A stretch of 64,000 bases of DNA from an uncultured bacterium. GTDB taxonomy: Bacteria > Acidobacteriota > Vicinamibacteria > Vicinamibacterales > UBA2999. This document shows positions 51,352 to 60,840 of this stretch, piece by piece. The translations under genes and the position numbers were made by a program. Location: NCBI GenBank assembly GCA_963923455.1, contig CAWULT010000010.1, positions 3,537 through 67,536 of the forward strand. The letters are read 5' to 3'. The first letter of the stretch is position 1. Every line of letters begins with the position of its first letter. The notes under the pieces were generated by a model, which searched no databases, had not been told where the DNA came from, and saw only the letters and a program-made list of their open reading frames with translations.

Positions 51352-52413
51352 ATGCCGGCCGTCGTCCTGCTCGTGCCCGGTTCGATCGCGACGCGCACCG
51401 GCGGCTATGGCTACGACCGGCGCATCGTCGCCGGGCTGCGGGAGCTGGGCTGGCAGGTGACCGTCCGGGAACTGGACGGAAGTTTTCCCCGTCCGACGCC
51501 GTCCGCGTTGCAGGGGGCGGCCCGGGCGCTGGCGGCGCTGCCGGACGGGGCCGTTGTGCTGGCCGACGGCCTCGCCTACGGCGCGATGCCAGACGAGGCG
51601 CGGGCAGAGGCCGCGCGCCTGCGGATCGTGGCACTGGTGCACCATCCCCTCGCGGAGGAGTCGGGGCTCGACGCCTCCACGGCGCAGGCACTGGCCGCCA
51701 GCGAACGCGCCGCACTGGCGGCGGCGCGCCACGTCGTGGTGACGAGCCACCGTACGGCGGCCCGCCTGCCCGACTACGGCGTGACGCCCGATCGGATTTC
51801 GGTGGTCGAACCCGGGACCGACCCGGCGCCCCTCGCGCCGGGGTCTGGCGGTGAGGCGGTGCACCTGCTCTGCGTCGCGTCACTGACACCGCGCAAGGGA
51901 CACGCCGGCCTGCTGCGGGCGCTGTCTCGGCTGACGGCGCTGCCGTGGCGCCTGACCTGCGTGGGCGGCGCGCTGCATCCGCCGACGGCGGAGCGCCTGC
52001 GCGAATTGACAGCCACGCTCGGCCTGGCCGACCGCGTCACGATGGCGGGTGAAGGCGACGACGCCATGCTCGCCGCCGCCTACGCGGGCGCGGACGTCTT
52101 CGTGCTGCCGACGCTGTACGAAGGCTACGGTATGGTGGTGGCTGAGGCACTGGCGCGCGGCCTGCCCGTGGTCAGCACGCCGACCGGCGCCATCGCGGCT
52201 CTCGTCGGCGAGCACGCCGGGGTGCTGGTGCCGCCCGGCGACGACGCCGCGCTCGAGGCCGCGCTGCGCCGGGTGATCGGCGACCCGGCCCTGCGCGCCC
52301 GGCTCTCGGAGGGGGCCCGCCGTGTGCGCGCGCACCTGCCGACGTGGGCCGACGCGGCGTCGCGGATGGCCGACATCCTCACACGAACGGGGAGCGATGG
52401 CATTTTCACTTGA
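51352..52413 (+). CDS. Glycosyltransferase, GT4 family (Glycos_transf_1)
   Basis: ..VFVLPTLYEGYGMVVAEALARGLPVVST.. is the E-x7-E region. Confidence 0.88.
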   Translation: MPAVVLLVPGSIATRTGGYGYDRRIVAGLRELGWQVTVRELDGSFPRPTPSALQGAARALAALPDGAVVLADGLAYGAMPDEARAEAARLRIVALVHHPLAEESGLDASTAQALAASERAALAAARHVVVTSHRTAARLPDYGVTPDRISVVEPGTDPAPLAPGSGGEAVHLLCVASLTPRKGHAGLLRALSRLTALPWRLTCVGGALHPPTAERLRELTATLGLADRVTMAGEGDDAMLAAAYAGADVFVLPTLYEGYGMVVAEALARGLPVVSTPTGAIAALVGEHAGVLVPPGDDAALEAALRRVIGDPALRARLSEGARRVRAHLPTWADAASRMADILTRTGSDGIFT

Positions 52414-53272
52414 GTGGCTGATGCTGCGTGAGCCGGCGGACCACGCGGCCCGCTCCGCCGCGCTGACCGCGCGCGTCGTCGACCACCTGGCACGCACGCG
52501 GGACCCCGAGGCGGTGACCGTGCTGGACCTCGGGGCGGGAGCCGGCTCGAACCTGCGCTACCTCGAGCCTCACCTGCCCGCGTATCAGCACTGGCTGCTG
52601 GTGGACCACGACGCCGAGCTGCTGCACGAAGCGAGTGGCTTGACGATGACGCACGGCCTGGCGCGGGGACTGTCGTTCATGACCGACGGCACGCGCGCCA
52701 CGCTGCATGGGCGCGGCCGCCGCTGCCAGGTGCTGACCCGCGTGGCCGACCTCGCCGCGCTCGACGACGCGGACCTCTTCGCCGGACGCACGCTCGTGAC
52801 CGGCGCCGCGCTGCTGGACCTGGTGTCCGACGCGTGGCTCGAGCAGCTGGCGGCCCGCTGCCGCGCGACGCGCGCGACGGTGCTCTTCACGCTGACCTAC
52901 GACGGCCGCATCGCCTGCGATCCCCACGACCCGGACGACGAGTTCGTCCGGCGGCTCGTGAACCGGCACCAGCACGGCGACAAGGGCTTCGGGCCCGCCG
53001 CGGGCCCGGACGCCACGGCCGTGGCGCGGGCATGCTTCGAGCGGGCGGGCTTCGACGTGCAGGTGGAGCCGAGCGACTGGGTGCTCGACCCGGGTGCGGC
53101 CGACCTGCAGCGACCGCTCATCGACGGCTGGGCCGGCGCGGCGCGCGAGATCGCCCCGGACGATGCGGCGCGCATCGACGCGTGGCGCGACCGGCGCATC
53201 GCGGACATCGACGCCGGACGCTCGCGCCTCCGCGTCGGGCACCAGGACCTGGCGGCCTGGCCGCGCGAGTAG
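52397..53272 (+). CDS. Class I SAM-dependent methyltransferase
   Basis: VLDLGAGAGSNL motif I. GGGGAG Shine-Dalgarno before ATG 52397. 17-nt overlap with the GT gene. Confidence 0.75.
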   Translation: MAFSLEWLMLREPADHAARSAALTARVVDHLARTRDPEAVTVLDLGAGAGSNLRYLEPHLPAYQHWLLVDHDAELLHEASGLTMTHGLARGLSFMTDGTRATLHGRGRRCQVLTRVADLAALDDADLFAGRTLVTGAALLDLVSDAWLEQLAARCRATRATVLFTLTYDGRIACDPHDPDDEFVRRLVNRHQHGDKGFGPAAGPDATAVARACFERAGFDVQVEPSDWVLDPGAADLQRPLIDGWAGAAREIAPDDAARIDAWRDRRIADIDAGRSRLRVGHQDLAAWPRE

Positions 53273-53359
53273 CGCGAGCGAGGCGCGGCTGTCCGCCACG
53301 AGCACCGGCCGCGCCCCGCCGCGGATCGTGCGCGACCCCGAAAGCCAGAGTGCCGCGCG

Positions 53360-54340
53360 TCAGATGATGCGCGTGACGGGCGGCGTGACGGACGGGCTGG
53401 CGGGCGTGCTCGCGCTGGCCGTGAGATCGCAGTCGAACAGCACGTCGGTGCCCATGCGGAACACGCGGTGACGCGGGCGGATGCAGTCGCGCAGGGCCAG
53501 CGGCCCCGGCAGGCGGATGGCCGGGCGGCCCTCGCCGATCACGAAGGGGGCAATCGCCACCTGCAGCCGGGTCAGCAGGTTCGCCTCCAGGAAGGCGGAC
53601 ACCGTGACGCCGCCTCCTTCCACGAACACGCGCGCGCACCCGCGCGCGCGCAGCAGCGCGAGCAGTTCGACGAGGTCCAGTCCGGACGGCCCGTCGCCCA
53701 GTCCGACGACCGTGGCCGTGCCGAACGACGTTTCGCCAGGCACCAGGCTCGACCGCGGGCAGACGTAGAGCGTCGGCACGCCGGCGTCCTGGAACACCCG
53801 GTAGGTGGGCGACAACCGCCGGCCCGGGTCGAGCACCACCCGCAGCGGGTTCGGGCCGCTCACCTGCCGGGTCGTCAGCAGTGGGTCGTCGAACGCAACG
53901 GTGCCGGGACCCACCACGACGGCATCGCAGAGCGCCCGCAGCCGGTGCAGGTGCAGGATGTTCTCCTCGCCCGTCACGTACTGCGAGTCGCCGGACATCG
54001 TCGCGATGAAGCCGTCCAGGCTCTGCCCCAGATGCCCGACGGTGATCGGGTGTGCACGCGTCGCGCTGCAGATGGGCAGGTAGAGGTCGACCAGCGCGGT
54101 CCGCGGGTCGTCGGGCGGCAGCGTCGTGCGCCAGCCGGCGCCAGGCACCCACTCGAGCAGCGCGTCAGGATGTCCCGGCGGCAGCGCACGCAAGGCCGGG
54201 CCGTCGAGTCCGAAGGCCAGATGGCGGCCGCTGGCGGCGCACGCTTCGGCCTCACGAGCCGCGGCCTGCGCCAGCGTCCACGCCGACTCGGTGCCCCAGG
54301 GATCTGGCACGTCCGCCGGCTGCCGCATCTGTTGCCCCAT
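53360..54340 (-). CDS. RibD C-terminal domain (DHFR-fold pyrimidine/pterin-type reductase) family protein with a ~100-aa N-terminal extension
   Basis: ..ITVGHLGQSLDGFIA..ENILHLHRLRALCDAVVVGPGTV..VFVEGGGVTVSAFL.. is a RibD_C pattern. Confidence 0.78.
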   Translation of the reverse strand: MGQQMRQPADVPDPWGTESAWTLAQAAAREAEACAASGRHLAFGLDGPALRALPPGHPDALLEWVPGAGWRTTLPPDDPRTALVDLYLPICSATRAHPITVGHLGQSLDGFIATMSGDSQYVTGEENILHLHRLRALCDAVVVGPGTVAFDDPLLTTRQVSGPNPLRVVLDPGRRLSPTYRVFQDAGVPTLYVCPRSSLVPGETSFGTATVVGLGDGPSGLDLVELLALLRARGCARVFVEGGGVTVSAFLEANLLTRLQVAIAPFVIGEGRPAIRLPGPLALRDCIRPRHRVFRMGTDVLFDCDLTASASTPASPSVTPPVTRII

Positions 54341-54396
54341 GTGCCTGCCGATTATAGTGGTGTCGTGGCGTTCGTCCCGCCGGGATCCCCTCGCGC

Positions 54397-55146
54397 ATGA
54401 GCCGTCTCGACCGCGCCCTCGGGCTCGCGCGCTCCGTGGTGACCTACCACGCCATTCCGTTCCGCCAGCGCCGGATGCGCGCCCTCTACGGCACCTTCGT
54501 CGAGCCGGGCGACCTGGTGTTCGACATCGGCGCCCACGCCGGCAACCGCGTGCGGGCGTTTCGCGCGCTGGGCTGTCGTGTGGTGGCCGTCGAGCCGCAG
54601 CCCGATTTCGTCTGGATGCTGCGCTGGCTGCTCGGCCGGTCGCCCGACGTGGAGATCCTGCCGGCGGCGGTGAGCGAGACCGAAGGCACCGCCCGGCTCT
54701 CTGTGAGCGATCGCACCCCGACCGTCTCGACGCTGGCGCACGAGTGGCGCGAGGAGCGCGCCGAGGAGCCCGACTTCGCCGGCGTCGAATGGAATCGCCA
54801 CATCGAGGTGGAGACCACGACGATCGACGCGCTGATCGCGCGGTTCGGCGTGCCGGCCTTCGTCAAGATCGACGTGGAAGGCGGCGAACTGGACGTCCTG
54901 CGCGGCCTGTCGCGGCCGGTGCCGGCACTCTCGTTCGAGTACCTGCCGCGCGCGCTCGGCGCCGCCGACGCGTGCCTGCAGCGGCTGCTGGAACTGGGAC
55001 CGTACGAGTTCAACTGGTCGCGCGGCGAGACGAACCGCTTCGTCGCCACGTCGTGGCTGGACCACCGGCAGCTGATCCGCCGCATCCGCGACGCCCACGA
55101 ACAGCGCAACGGCGACATCTACGCACGCCTGCCGCCCCGCGACTGA
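54397..55146 (+). CDS. FkbM-family methyltransferase
   Basis: VFDIGAHAGN .. FVKIDVEGGELDVLRG are FkbM hallmarks. Confidence 0.85.
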   Translation: MSRLDRALGLARSVVTYHAIPFRQRRMRALYGTFVEPGDLVFDIGAHAGNRVRAFRALGCRVVAVEPQPDFVWMLRWLLGRSPDVEILPAAVSETEGTARLSVSDRTPTVSTLAHEWREERAEEPDFAGVEWNRHIEVETTTIDALIARFGVPAFVKIDVEGGELDVLRGLSRPVPALSFEYLPRALGAADACLQRLLELGPYEFNWSRGETNRFVATSWLDHRQLIRRIRDAHEQRNGDIYARLPPRD

Positions 55147-55211
55147 TCGCGCGGGCAGCCCGGACCGCGGCCTGCGCCGGACGCGGCCAGGCTCGGCACG
55201 ATCCGCCGCCG

Positions 55212-55916
55212 CTAGTTCCCCGCCCGCACCCCGGCCAGGAAGCGCCGGATGCGCCGCGCGTTCGCGCCGAGGTCCCCGACGCCGACACGCGACGTCGACC
55301 GGACGTCGATGCGCGACCCGCCGTCCACGGGCCGGACGCGAATCACCACGTCGTCCTCGAAGCCGAACCAGAACGTGGTGTCCACGGCCTCGATGCGGCC
55401 TTCGACGGGCGCCGCCCCGGTCAGGCTCCATCCCAGCCCGCGTGCCGTCGCGAGCGCGCGGTCGAACGCCGCCGCGACCGGCATGGACAGCGTGACGGGC
55501 TGGATGTCGGGATAGGCACGCCGCTGCTGTTCGGCGACCGCCGCGCCCGGATAGTCGGACGGATTCGCCGCGTTGCGGCGCAACGGTCGCGCCTGGACGA
55601 ACGCGGGCGGATCCGCCGTATCGGTCGTGATGTCGTGGATCGGCGGCGCGCCCGCGGCCGCCAGCACCTGCGCGGACGGAATCGCCACGACGGTCAGGCC
55701 GAGCGCGATGCCGACCATGGCGTCGCGCCACCGGCCGGTCTTGAAGCCGGCCATGAGCGAGAGCGAGGCCCCCGCCAGCCCGTCGAGCAGGCCCGCGCCG
55801 AGCAGCGCGAAGCCCACGACGAACGGCCAGAGGCCGGCACGCGTACCGAGTGGACCGGCCAGCAGCAGCGCCGCACCCGAGCACGCGCAGATCACTCCTA
55901 CCTTCAGCAGTGCCAT
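55212..55916 (-). CDS. DUF1499-domain membrane protein
   Basis: Three or four N-terminal TM helices, then ..FWFGFEDDVVIRVRP..SRIDVRSTSRVGVGDLGANARRIR.. typical of DUF1499. Confidence 0.75.
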   Translation of the reverse strand: MALLKVGVICACSGAALLLAGPLGTRAGLWPFVVGFALLGAGLLDGLAGASLSLMAGFKTGRWRDAMVGIALGLTVVAIPSAQVLAAAGAPPIHDITTDTADPPAFVQARPLRRNAANPSDYPGAAVAEQQRRAYPDIQPVTLSMPVAAAFDRALATARGLGWSLTGAAPVEGRIEAVDTTFWFGFEDDVVIRVRPVDGGSRIDVRSTSRVGVGDLGANARRIRRFLAGVRAGN

Positions 55917-56012
55917 CGTCGCCTCGTCCCACGGGCAAACTTACACGAAGGCCCTTGACTCTCCCTCGGTAGAGACGGTCTTCGCCCGCCTCCGGGCGGC
56001 GGCTCCGGCGCG

Positions 56013-57209
56013 CTACGGCGCGGGCTCGAGCTTCAGCAGGACGCCCGGGTTCTCGTCCGTCAGCAGGTAGACCAGGCCGTCCGGCCCCTGCCGCACGTCG
56101 CGGATCCGCTGCCGCAGATCGGTCAGCAGCATCTCGCGCCGCATCTCCTCGCCCTTCTCGTTGAAGACGATGCGCTGCAGGTGCCCCGTGTTGGGAATCT
56201 CGCCGAAGCGCATGGCGCCGACGAACGCGTTGTTGCGCCAGGCCGGGAAGCGATCGCCCGTGTAGACCATCAGCCCCGACGCCGCGATGGCCGGCATCCA
56301 GTACACGAGCGGGCCTTCCATGCCCTGCTGCTCGAAGCGCCCCTGCCACGGCCCCTCGTAGGATCGGCCCATGCTCACCGCGGGCCAGCCGTAGTTGCGC
56401 CCGGCCTTGACGATGTTGATCTCGTCGCCGCCATTGGGGCCGTTCTCGCTGTTCCAGAGTTCTCCCGTGACCGGGTGCACGATGAGCGCCAGCGAGTTGC
56501 GGTGCCCCCACGAGTAGATCTCGGGCTTGAACTCGGGCCGGCCGACGAACGGATTGTCGGGCGGCACCGTGCCGTCGTCCCTGAGGCGGAGCACCTTGCC
56601 TTTGTGGACGTTCTTCTCCTGCCCCTGCCCCGCGTTGGCGCCGCCGCCCGACCCCGTCGTCATGTACAGCATGCCGTCGCGCCCGAACACGATGCGCGAC
56701 GCGGAGCCGCCGGCGCCGTCCCACCACGGCTCGGCGACGAAGAGATCCTTGACGTCCTTGAGTTCCATGCCCTCGAGGCGGCCGCGGGCGAGCACCGTGG
56801 CCATCAGGCCGTCCTCGCGCCCCTTGTTGTAGGTGAGGTAGACGAAGCGGTTCTCGGCGAAGCGTGGATGAAGCGCCACGTCCATCAACCCCGACAGACG
56901 CTGCGCCTTCACTGCCGGAACGCCGCGGACGGGGGCCGGATCGAGCACGCCGTTCCGCAGCAGACGCAGGCGGCCCGGCCGCTCGGTGATCAACAGGCCG
57001 CCATCGGGCAGCCAGGTCATGCTCCACGGGTTGACGAGACCCTTCGTCACGACGGACATCCGGATCCTGACGCCCTCCGCGGCCTCGATGGTCCACGGTC
57101 CGTCGCCGAGCGGCGCGCGCGGAATGGCGAGCGGCGGCCCGCCACGGCCCTGCGCGAGCACGGCACTGATGGATGCGACCACGAGAACGGCAGAAGCGGC
57201 GGCGCGCAT
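56013..57209 (-). CDS. PQQ-dependent sugar dehydrogenase (soluble glucose/sorbosone dehydrogenase-like beta-propeller)
   Basis: Signal peptide; ..GLMDVALHPRF..RIVFGRDGMLY..GHRNSLAL..NGPNGGDEIN..GRNYGWP.. GGAGGA Shine-Dalgarno before ATG 57209. Confidence 0.88.
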   Translation of the reverse strand: MRAAASAVLVVASISAVLAQGRGGPPLAIPRAPLGDGPWTIEAAEGVRIRMSVVTKGLVNPWSMTWLPDGGLLITERPGRLRLLRNGVLDPAPVRGVPAVKAQRLSGLMDVALHPRFAENRFVYLTYNKGREDGLMATVLARGRLEGMELKDVKDLFVAEPWWDGAGGSASRIVFGRDGMLYMTTGSGGGANAGQGQEKNVHKGKVLRLRDDGTVPPDNPFVGRPEFKPEIYSWGHRNSLALIVHPVTGELWNSENGPNGGDEINIVKAGRNYGWPAVSMGRSYEGPWQGRFEQQGMEGPLVYWMPAIAASGLMVYTGDRFPAWRNNAFVGAMRFGEIPNTGHLQRIVFNEKGEEMRREMLLTDLRQRIRDVRQGPDGLVYLLTDENPGVLLKLEPAP

Positions 57210-57400
57210 GCTCTTCCTCCTGAGGCCGGGCTCACGACCGGGCGTGGGGATAGTAGCCCATCGGGCCCGCCACGCCGGGCCCGCTCGGCCGCGTCCGCCC
57301 GGCACTGGCCCGCGGCCGCCCGGCCGTGCCACCATCAGCGCTGCCCCGCCACCTGCGAGCCGCCACCTGGCCGGCCGCGACGCGAGGCCGACCCGCCCGC

Positions 57401-57742
57401 ATGACGCTCGCCCTCGCCATCGAACCCCACGACACCCTCGTCGTCACGCTCAGGAACGGTCCCGCCGAGACGATCCTGTCCGTCCGCAACTCCGCGGCCG
57501 GGATGACCTCGCTGGAGCGGGCGGCGGCCGACGCCGCCGAGACGGGTTACGGCGAGTGCTTCTGGCCGAGCGTGGAAGGCGGCCAGTACTGGTGGATCTT
57601 CAAGCGCACCCACGACACGGTGGACGTGGTGGTGCTGTGGACCCGGGGAGGAGTGGCGATCTGGGAACACGTGTTCCGGGCCACGGACCAGTTCTCCTGG
57701 TTCCACGACCAGTTGACGGCGGCCATCGCACCGCTGAGGTGA
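57401..57742 (+). CDS. Hypothetical protein (113 aa)
   Basis: ORF with G/C-rich third positions. ATG 57401 chosen. No family recognised. Confidence 0.45.
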   Translation: MTLALAIEPHDTLVVTLRNGPAETILSVRNSAAGMTSLERAAADAAETGYGECFWPSVEGGQYWWIFKRTHDTVDVVVLWTRGGVAIWEHVFRATDQFSWFHDQLTAAIAPLR

Positions 57743-57776
57743 CGTCTGCGTGTAAGATCCGTGGAGCTTTCAGAGT

Positions 57777-57853
57777 CGGGGCGTAGCGCAGCCTGGTAGC
57801 GCACCTGCCTTGGGCGCAGGGGGTCGCTGGTTCGAATCCAGTCGCCCCGACCA
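57777..57853 (+). tRNA. tRNA-Pro: tRNA-Pro, anticodon UGG
   Basis: Manual fold: acceptor CGGGGCG/CGCCCCG; D-arm AGCGCAGCCTGGTAGCGC; anticodon stem CCTGC/GCAGG with loop CTTGGGC; T-arm GCTGGTTCGAATCCAGT; encoded CCA. Confidence 0.93.
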
Positions 57854-57923
57854 TCTACAAGACACACAGTGAGTTCCGGCGACCTGTCGGAGACACGCGG
57901 TCAGAAAGGACCCTCTGTCTCCG

Positions 57924-58814
57924 ATGGCGACGCTTGCCAGACTCTTCGACGACTTCCTCCGCGAACGCACCTACATCCAGAACGTCAGCCCCAAGACCCT
58001 GGCCTGGTACAGCCAAGCCTGGCGTGCCTTTCTCTTGAGCCAGCCGCCCAGTCTGACGTCCCCGTCAGGGGCGCCCAGTCTTAGCCGAGCCGACTTGGAG
58101 CATTTCGTCAGGCACCTCCGGCAACGCGGCGTCCGGCCTGTCACATGTAACTGTTGGCTGCGGGCCCTGCATGCCTTCTGTCAGTGGTCGCACGAGACGG
58201 GCCACACCCCGAACCGCGTGCGGATTGCCTTGCAGCGGGTCGACCGTCCCGTCCTCCGCCCATTCAGCGACATCGAGCTTCGCCAACTCCTCCGATTTCG
58301 CCCGGTCAGCCTTGCCGAGTGGCGGGTGCATACCTTGGCGTCCACCTTGCTCGATACTGGCTGCCGGATGCAGGAGGTCTTATCGGCGCCCGTGCAGGCA
58401 TTCGAATTGGACCACCTCCTACTCACCGTCCAGGGGAAGGGCCGCAAAGAGCGACGGGTCCCCTTCAGTCACCACCTCCGGAAACTCCTCGTGCAGTGGC
58501 AGCACCGACACCGCCAGGCGTGGCCCCCGAGTCCTTTTATGTTTCCGGCCCGTTCCGGGACCATGTGGCATTACCGCAACGCCCGGCGGTCCTACTATGC
58601 GATGCTGCGCCGGGTGGGCCTGCCCCGACATGGATTCCACCACTTGCGCCACACCTTTGCGACGCACTACCTCCGGGCTGGCGGGGATATCGTCCGTCTG
58701 TCACTCATCCTGGGCCACACGGAAGTGAGCACGACCATGCGATACCTGCATCTGCTGACCGAGGACCTGCAACGGCCTCACGAGGGGCTGTCGATTCTGA
58801 CGCGCCTCCGATGA
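57924..58814 (+). CDS. Tyrosine recombinase / phage-type integrase
   Basis: Catalytic-domain motifs: ..TGCRMQEVL.. (Arg), ..[38 protein letters not shown] (H-x-x-R ... Y). Confidence 0.92.
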   Translation: MATLARLFDDFLRERTYIQNVSPKTLAWYSQAWRAFLLSQPPSLTSPSGAPSLSRADLEHFVRHLRQRGVRPVTCNCWLRALHAFCQWSHETGHTPNRVRIALQRVDRPVLRPFSDIELRQLLRFRPVSLAEWRVHTLASTLLDTGCRMQEVLSAPVQAFELDHLLLTVQGKGRKERRVPFSHHLRKLLVQWQHRHRQAWPPSPFMFPARSGTMWHYRNARRSYYAMLRRVGLPRHGFHHLRHTFATHYLRAGGDIVRLSLILGHTEVSTTMRYLHLLTEDLQRPHEGLSILTRLR

Positions 58815-58816
58815 CG

Positions 58817-59572
58817 CTAGGAGTCAACTTCGTCGGTGTCGTCTCTGGATGACGGGTCTGCCATGGTAGGCCGCTTGCGACGAACTACGTGCACGGTACT
58901 CCGTGGGAGCCCCGCGACGCGTCCTTTTCGACGGGGCCGAGAGTTGGGCCGAGCCGTGTGCCCGCGTCGTGACCGTGCCATCTTGAGTCCTGCCACCGTG
59001 ACCTCGTCCCAGCCGATGGCTCGCAGCAGTACACGGACGGACTCGTAGGGGACGACCTGTCCGGCTCGTGCCAGTACTCGCTCCACGAACCGCTGACGCA
59101 TGAATACGACACCTGTGGTTCGGTCACCCTTAATTTTCATCGCCTGCGATTTGCATACCGCTGCCTCTTGACGCAGGACCTGCGCGGCCTCGGTGAGATC
59201 CTGCGGCAGGGGAATCACGAATGGATTTACTACGCCCGTGAAACTGAGTTTCAGGATGTGTCTGGTATCTGCGGCCTCTCCGAGGAAGTCTTCCACCCGT
59301 ACGTGCCGGGCCGTCCCCTTGAGTGGCCGACCCTCCAGTGCATTCGCTGCCTGTCGAAACTGCGCGGCGTATCTCAGCCACGTCTTCTGGGGCATCGGAT
59401 ACCACTGCTCCAAGATCCTGAGTTCTTCCAGCCATTCGTGGCGCGGACAGTCTGCGAGTTCCGCAAGGAGAAGTTCTGCCTGGTCTAGTGCCGCCCGCTC
59501 ATCCGGACCAAGGTTTTCAATGATGGTCAGCCACCACGCCTCGTTCGTGTCGTCGTTCAGATCGTCCACCAC
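58817..59572 (-). CDS. Hypothetical island protein (251 aa; acidic N-terminus, strongly basic C-terminal tail)
   Basis: Long ORF convergent with the integrase gene (stops 2 nt apart). No family recognised. Confidence 0.55.
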   Translation of the reverse strand: MVDDLNDDTNEAWWLTIIENLGPDERAALDQAELLLAELADCPRHEWLEELRILEQWYPMPQKTWLRYAAQFRQAANALEGRPLKGTARHVRVEDFLGEAADTRHILKLSFTGVVNPFVIPLPQDLTEAAQVLRQEAAVCKSQAMKIKGDRTTGVVFMRQRFVERVLARAGQVVPYESVRVLLRAIGWDEVTVAGLKMARSRRGHTARPNSRPRRKGRVAGLPRSTVHVVRRKRPTMADPSSRDDTDEVDS

Positions 59573-59678
59573 TGGGAGGGGGTCTCCTGCGTTATTTCGG
59601 CAATTCTACGGAGCCCTTCTGGTGAAGGGCATTCCGCCTTTCCGGCCGAGCGTCTGACACGCTCTCGGAACAACAGAT

Positions 59679-60689
59679 ATGAACACGGAATCGAATCTGC
59701 CCTCGTTGAGCGGGGCTGACCTGCGGACCCATCGCATCTACACAGTGGATACCCTCACCGCCCTTGCGAGGCGCCAAGGGGAGACGCCTTGGCTGGTTGA
59801 AGACGTTCTGATGGCGTCGTCCTTCAATGTGCTGGTGGGTGACTCCACCTTGGGAAAGACCCCCTTGGCCTTGCAACTGGCGGCGTGTGTCGTGACCGGA
59901 GCCCCGTGGCTGGGGCTTCCGATCCAGAAGCCCGGAACCGTCTTGTATCTGAACGGCGAGATGGACCCCTCCGATCTCCTGCGGCAGTGGACACGACTGT
60001 CCGAGCACATCGGTCATCCAGGACAGAAAGATGGCTTCTTCACCTACAACCCGGAATGGGGCCAGGCCTCGACGGTTTCTGGGTGGGATCCGACTCAGGT
60101 ACGCGACCTAGTGCACCGCATCGCCCCGGCATTGGTCATTGTGGACCCGCTGCGCGTGTTTTTTCCAGAAGCAGAGATGGACCAGAAGGCGTTTGAGAAA
60201 TTTCGGATCTGGGCCCGTTCCCTGAAGTGCTGCGTGCTCGTCCTGCACCATCGGCGCAAGAAGGACCAGGTCGCTGGAGTGATCGGCTTGGAGCAGGACC
60301 CGCTTACCTGGTTGCAGGAGGCCGCGGGGCTGAGCCATATCATCAACCTCACCGATGCCCGTCTAGGTATTGAGCCTCCGCGCCGCTCCACTGGCGGTGA
60401 CTTGGTCCTAGCTGGGACCCTGCGCGGCCGTGGGCCCATGGGTCCACGGTATCTCCAACGTGAACTGGGCGAGGATGAGCAGCCGATGGGCTACAGCGTG
60501 CGGCTGGGGCTTGAATACATCAGCGAAGAAGCCCGTGCTCTGTACAACACCCTACCGGAGGTGTTTCGCTACAAGGATGCCCGGGCCCTCCTTAACACCA
60601 CCAGCGAGTCTAAGGTGTCAGGGCTCCTAAAGCAGTTGTGCATGGCGGAGGTCGTGAAGAAGGAGCGGACGGATTACCGGAAGAAGTAG
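59679..60689 (+). CDS. RepA-like RecA-fold ATPase (AAA_25-type)
   Basis: Walker A GDSTLGKT, Walker B-like LVIVDPL, and VLVLHHRRK, typical of AAA_25/RepA proteins of integrative elements and plasmids. Confidence 0.75.
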   Translation: MNTESNLPSLSGADLRTHRIYTVDTLTALARRQGETPWLVEDVLMASSFNVLVGDSTLGKTPLALQLAACVVTGAPWLGLPIQKPGTVLYLNGEMDPSDLLRQWTRLSEHIGHPGQKDGFFTYNPEWGQASTVSGWDPTQVRDLVHRIAPALVIVDPLRVFFPEAEMDQKAFEKFRIWARSLKCCVLVLHHRRKKDQVAGVIGLEQDPLTWLQEAAGLSHIINLTDARLGIEPPRRSTGGDLVLAGTLRGRGPMGPRYLQRELGEDEQPMGYSVRLGLEYISEEARALYNTLPEVFRYKDARALLNTTSESKVSGLLKQLCMAEVVKKERTDYRKK

Positions 60690-60770
60690 GGGGAGGGGGA
60701 GGGGGAATCCCGACCTAGCCGGGAACTAGAAATCGGTGCAAATTGGCCAGAATCTGTGAATCAGACCTGT

Positions 60771-60840
60771 TGGAGTGTGCGCGGAGTGCGGCTGGAGTGT
60801 GCGGTCGTGTGCTCCAGTCTTGCTCCGCATATGCTCCAAG
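60771..60840. repeat. Iteron-like array: three direct GGAGTG units and three inverted TGCTCC units, all phased at 11 bp
   Basis: GGAGTG at 60772, 60783 and 60794. TGCTCC at 60810, 60821 and 60832. An AT-rich tract follows at 60846-60890. Confidence 0.8.

Noticed and set aside
60771-60840. Possible CRISPR array or coding ORF (84-aa track ORF 60775-61029)
   Set aside because: The units are only 6-11 bp with no spacers of CRISPR size, and no cas genes are present. The 84-aa ORF crosses the iterons and the AT-rich tract and has implausible composition.
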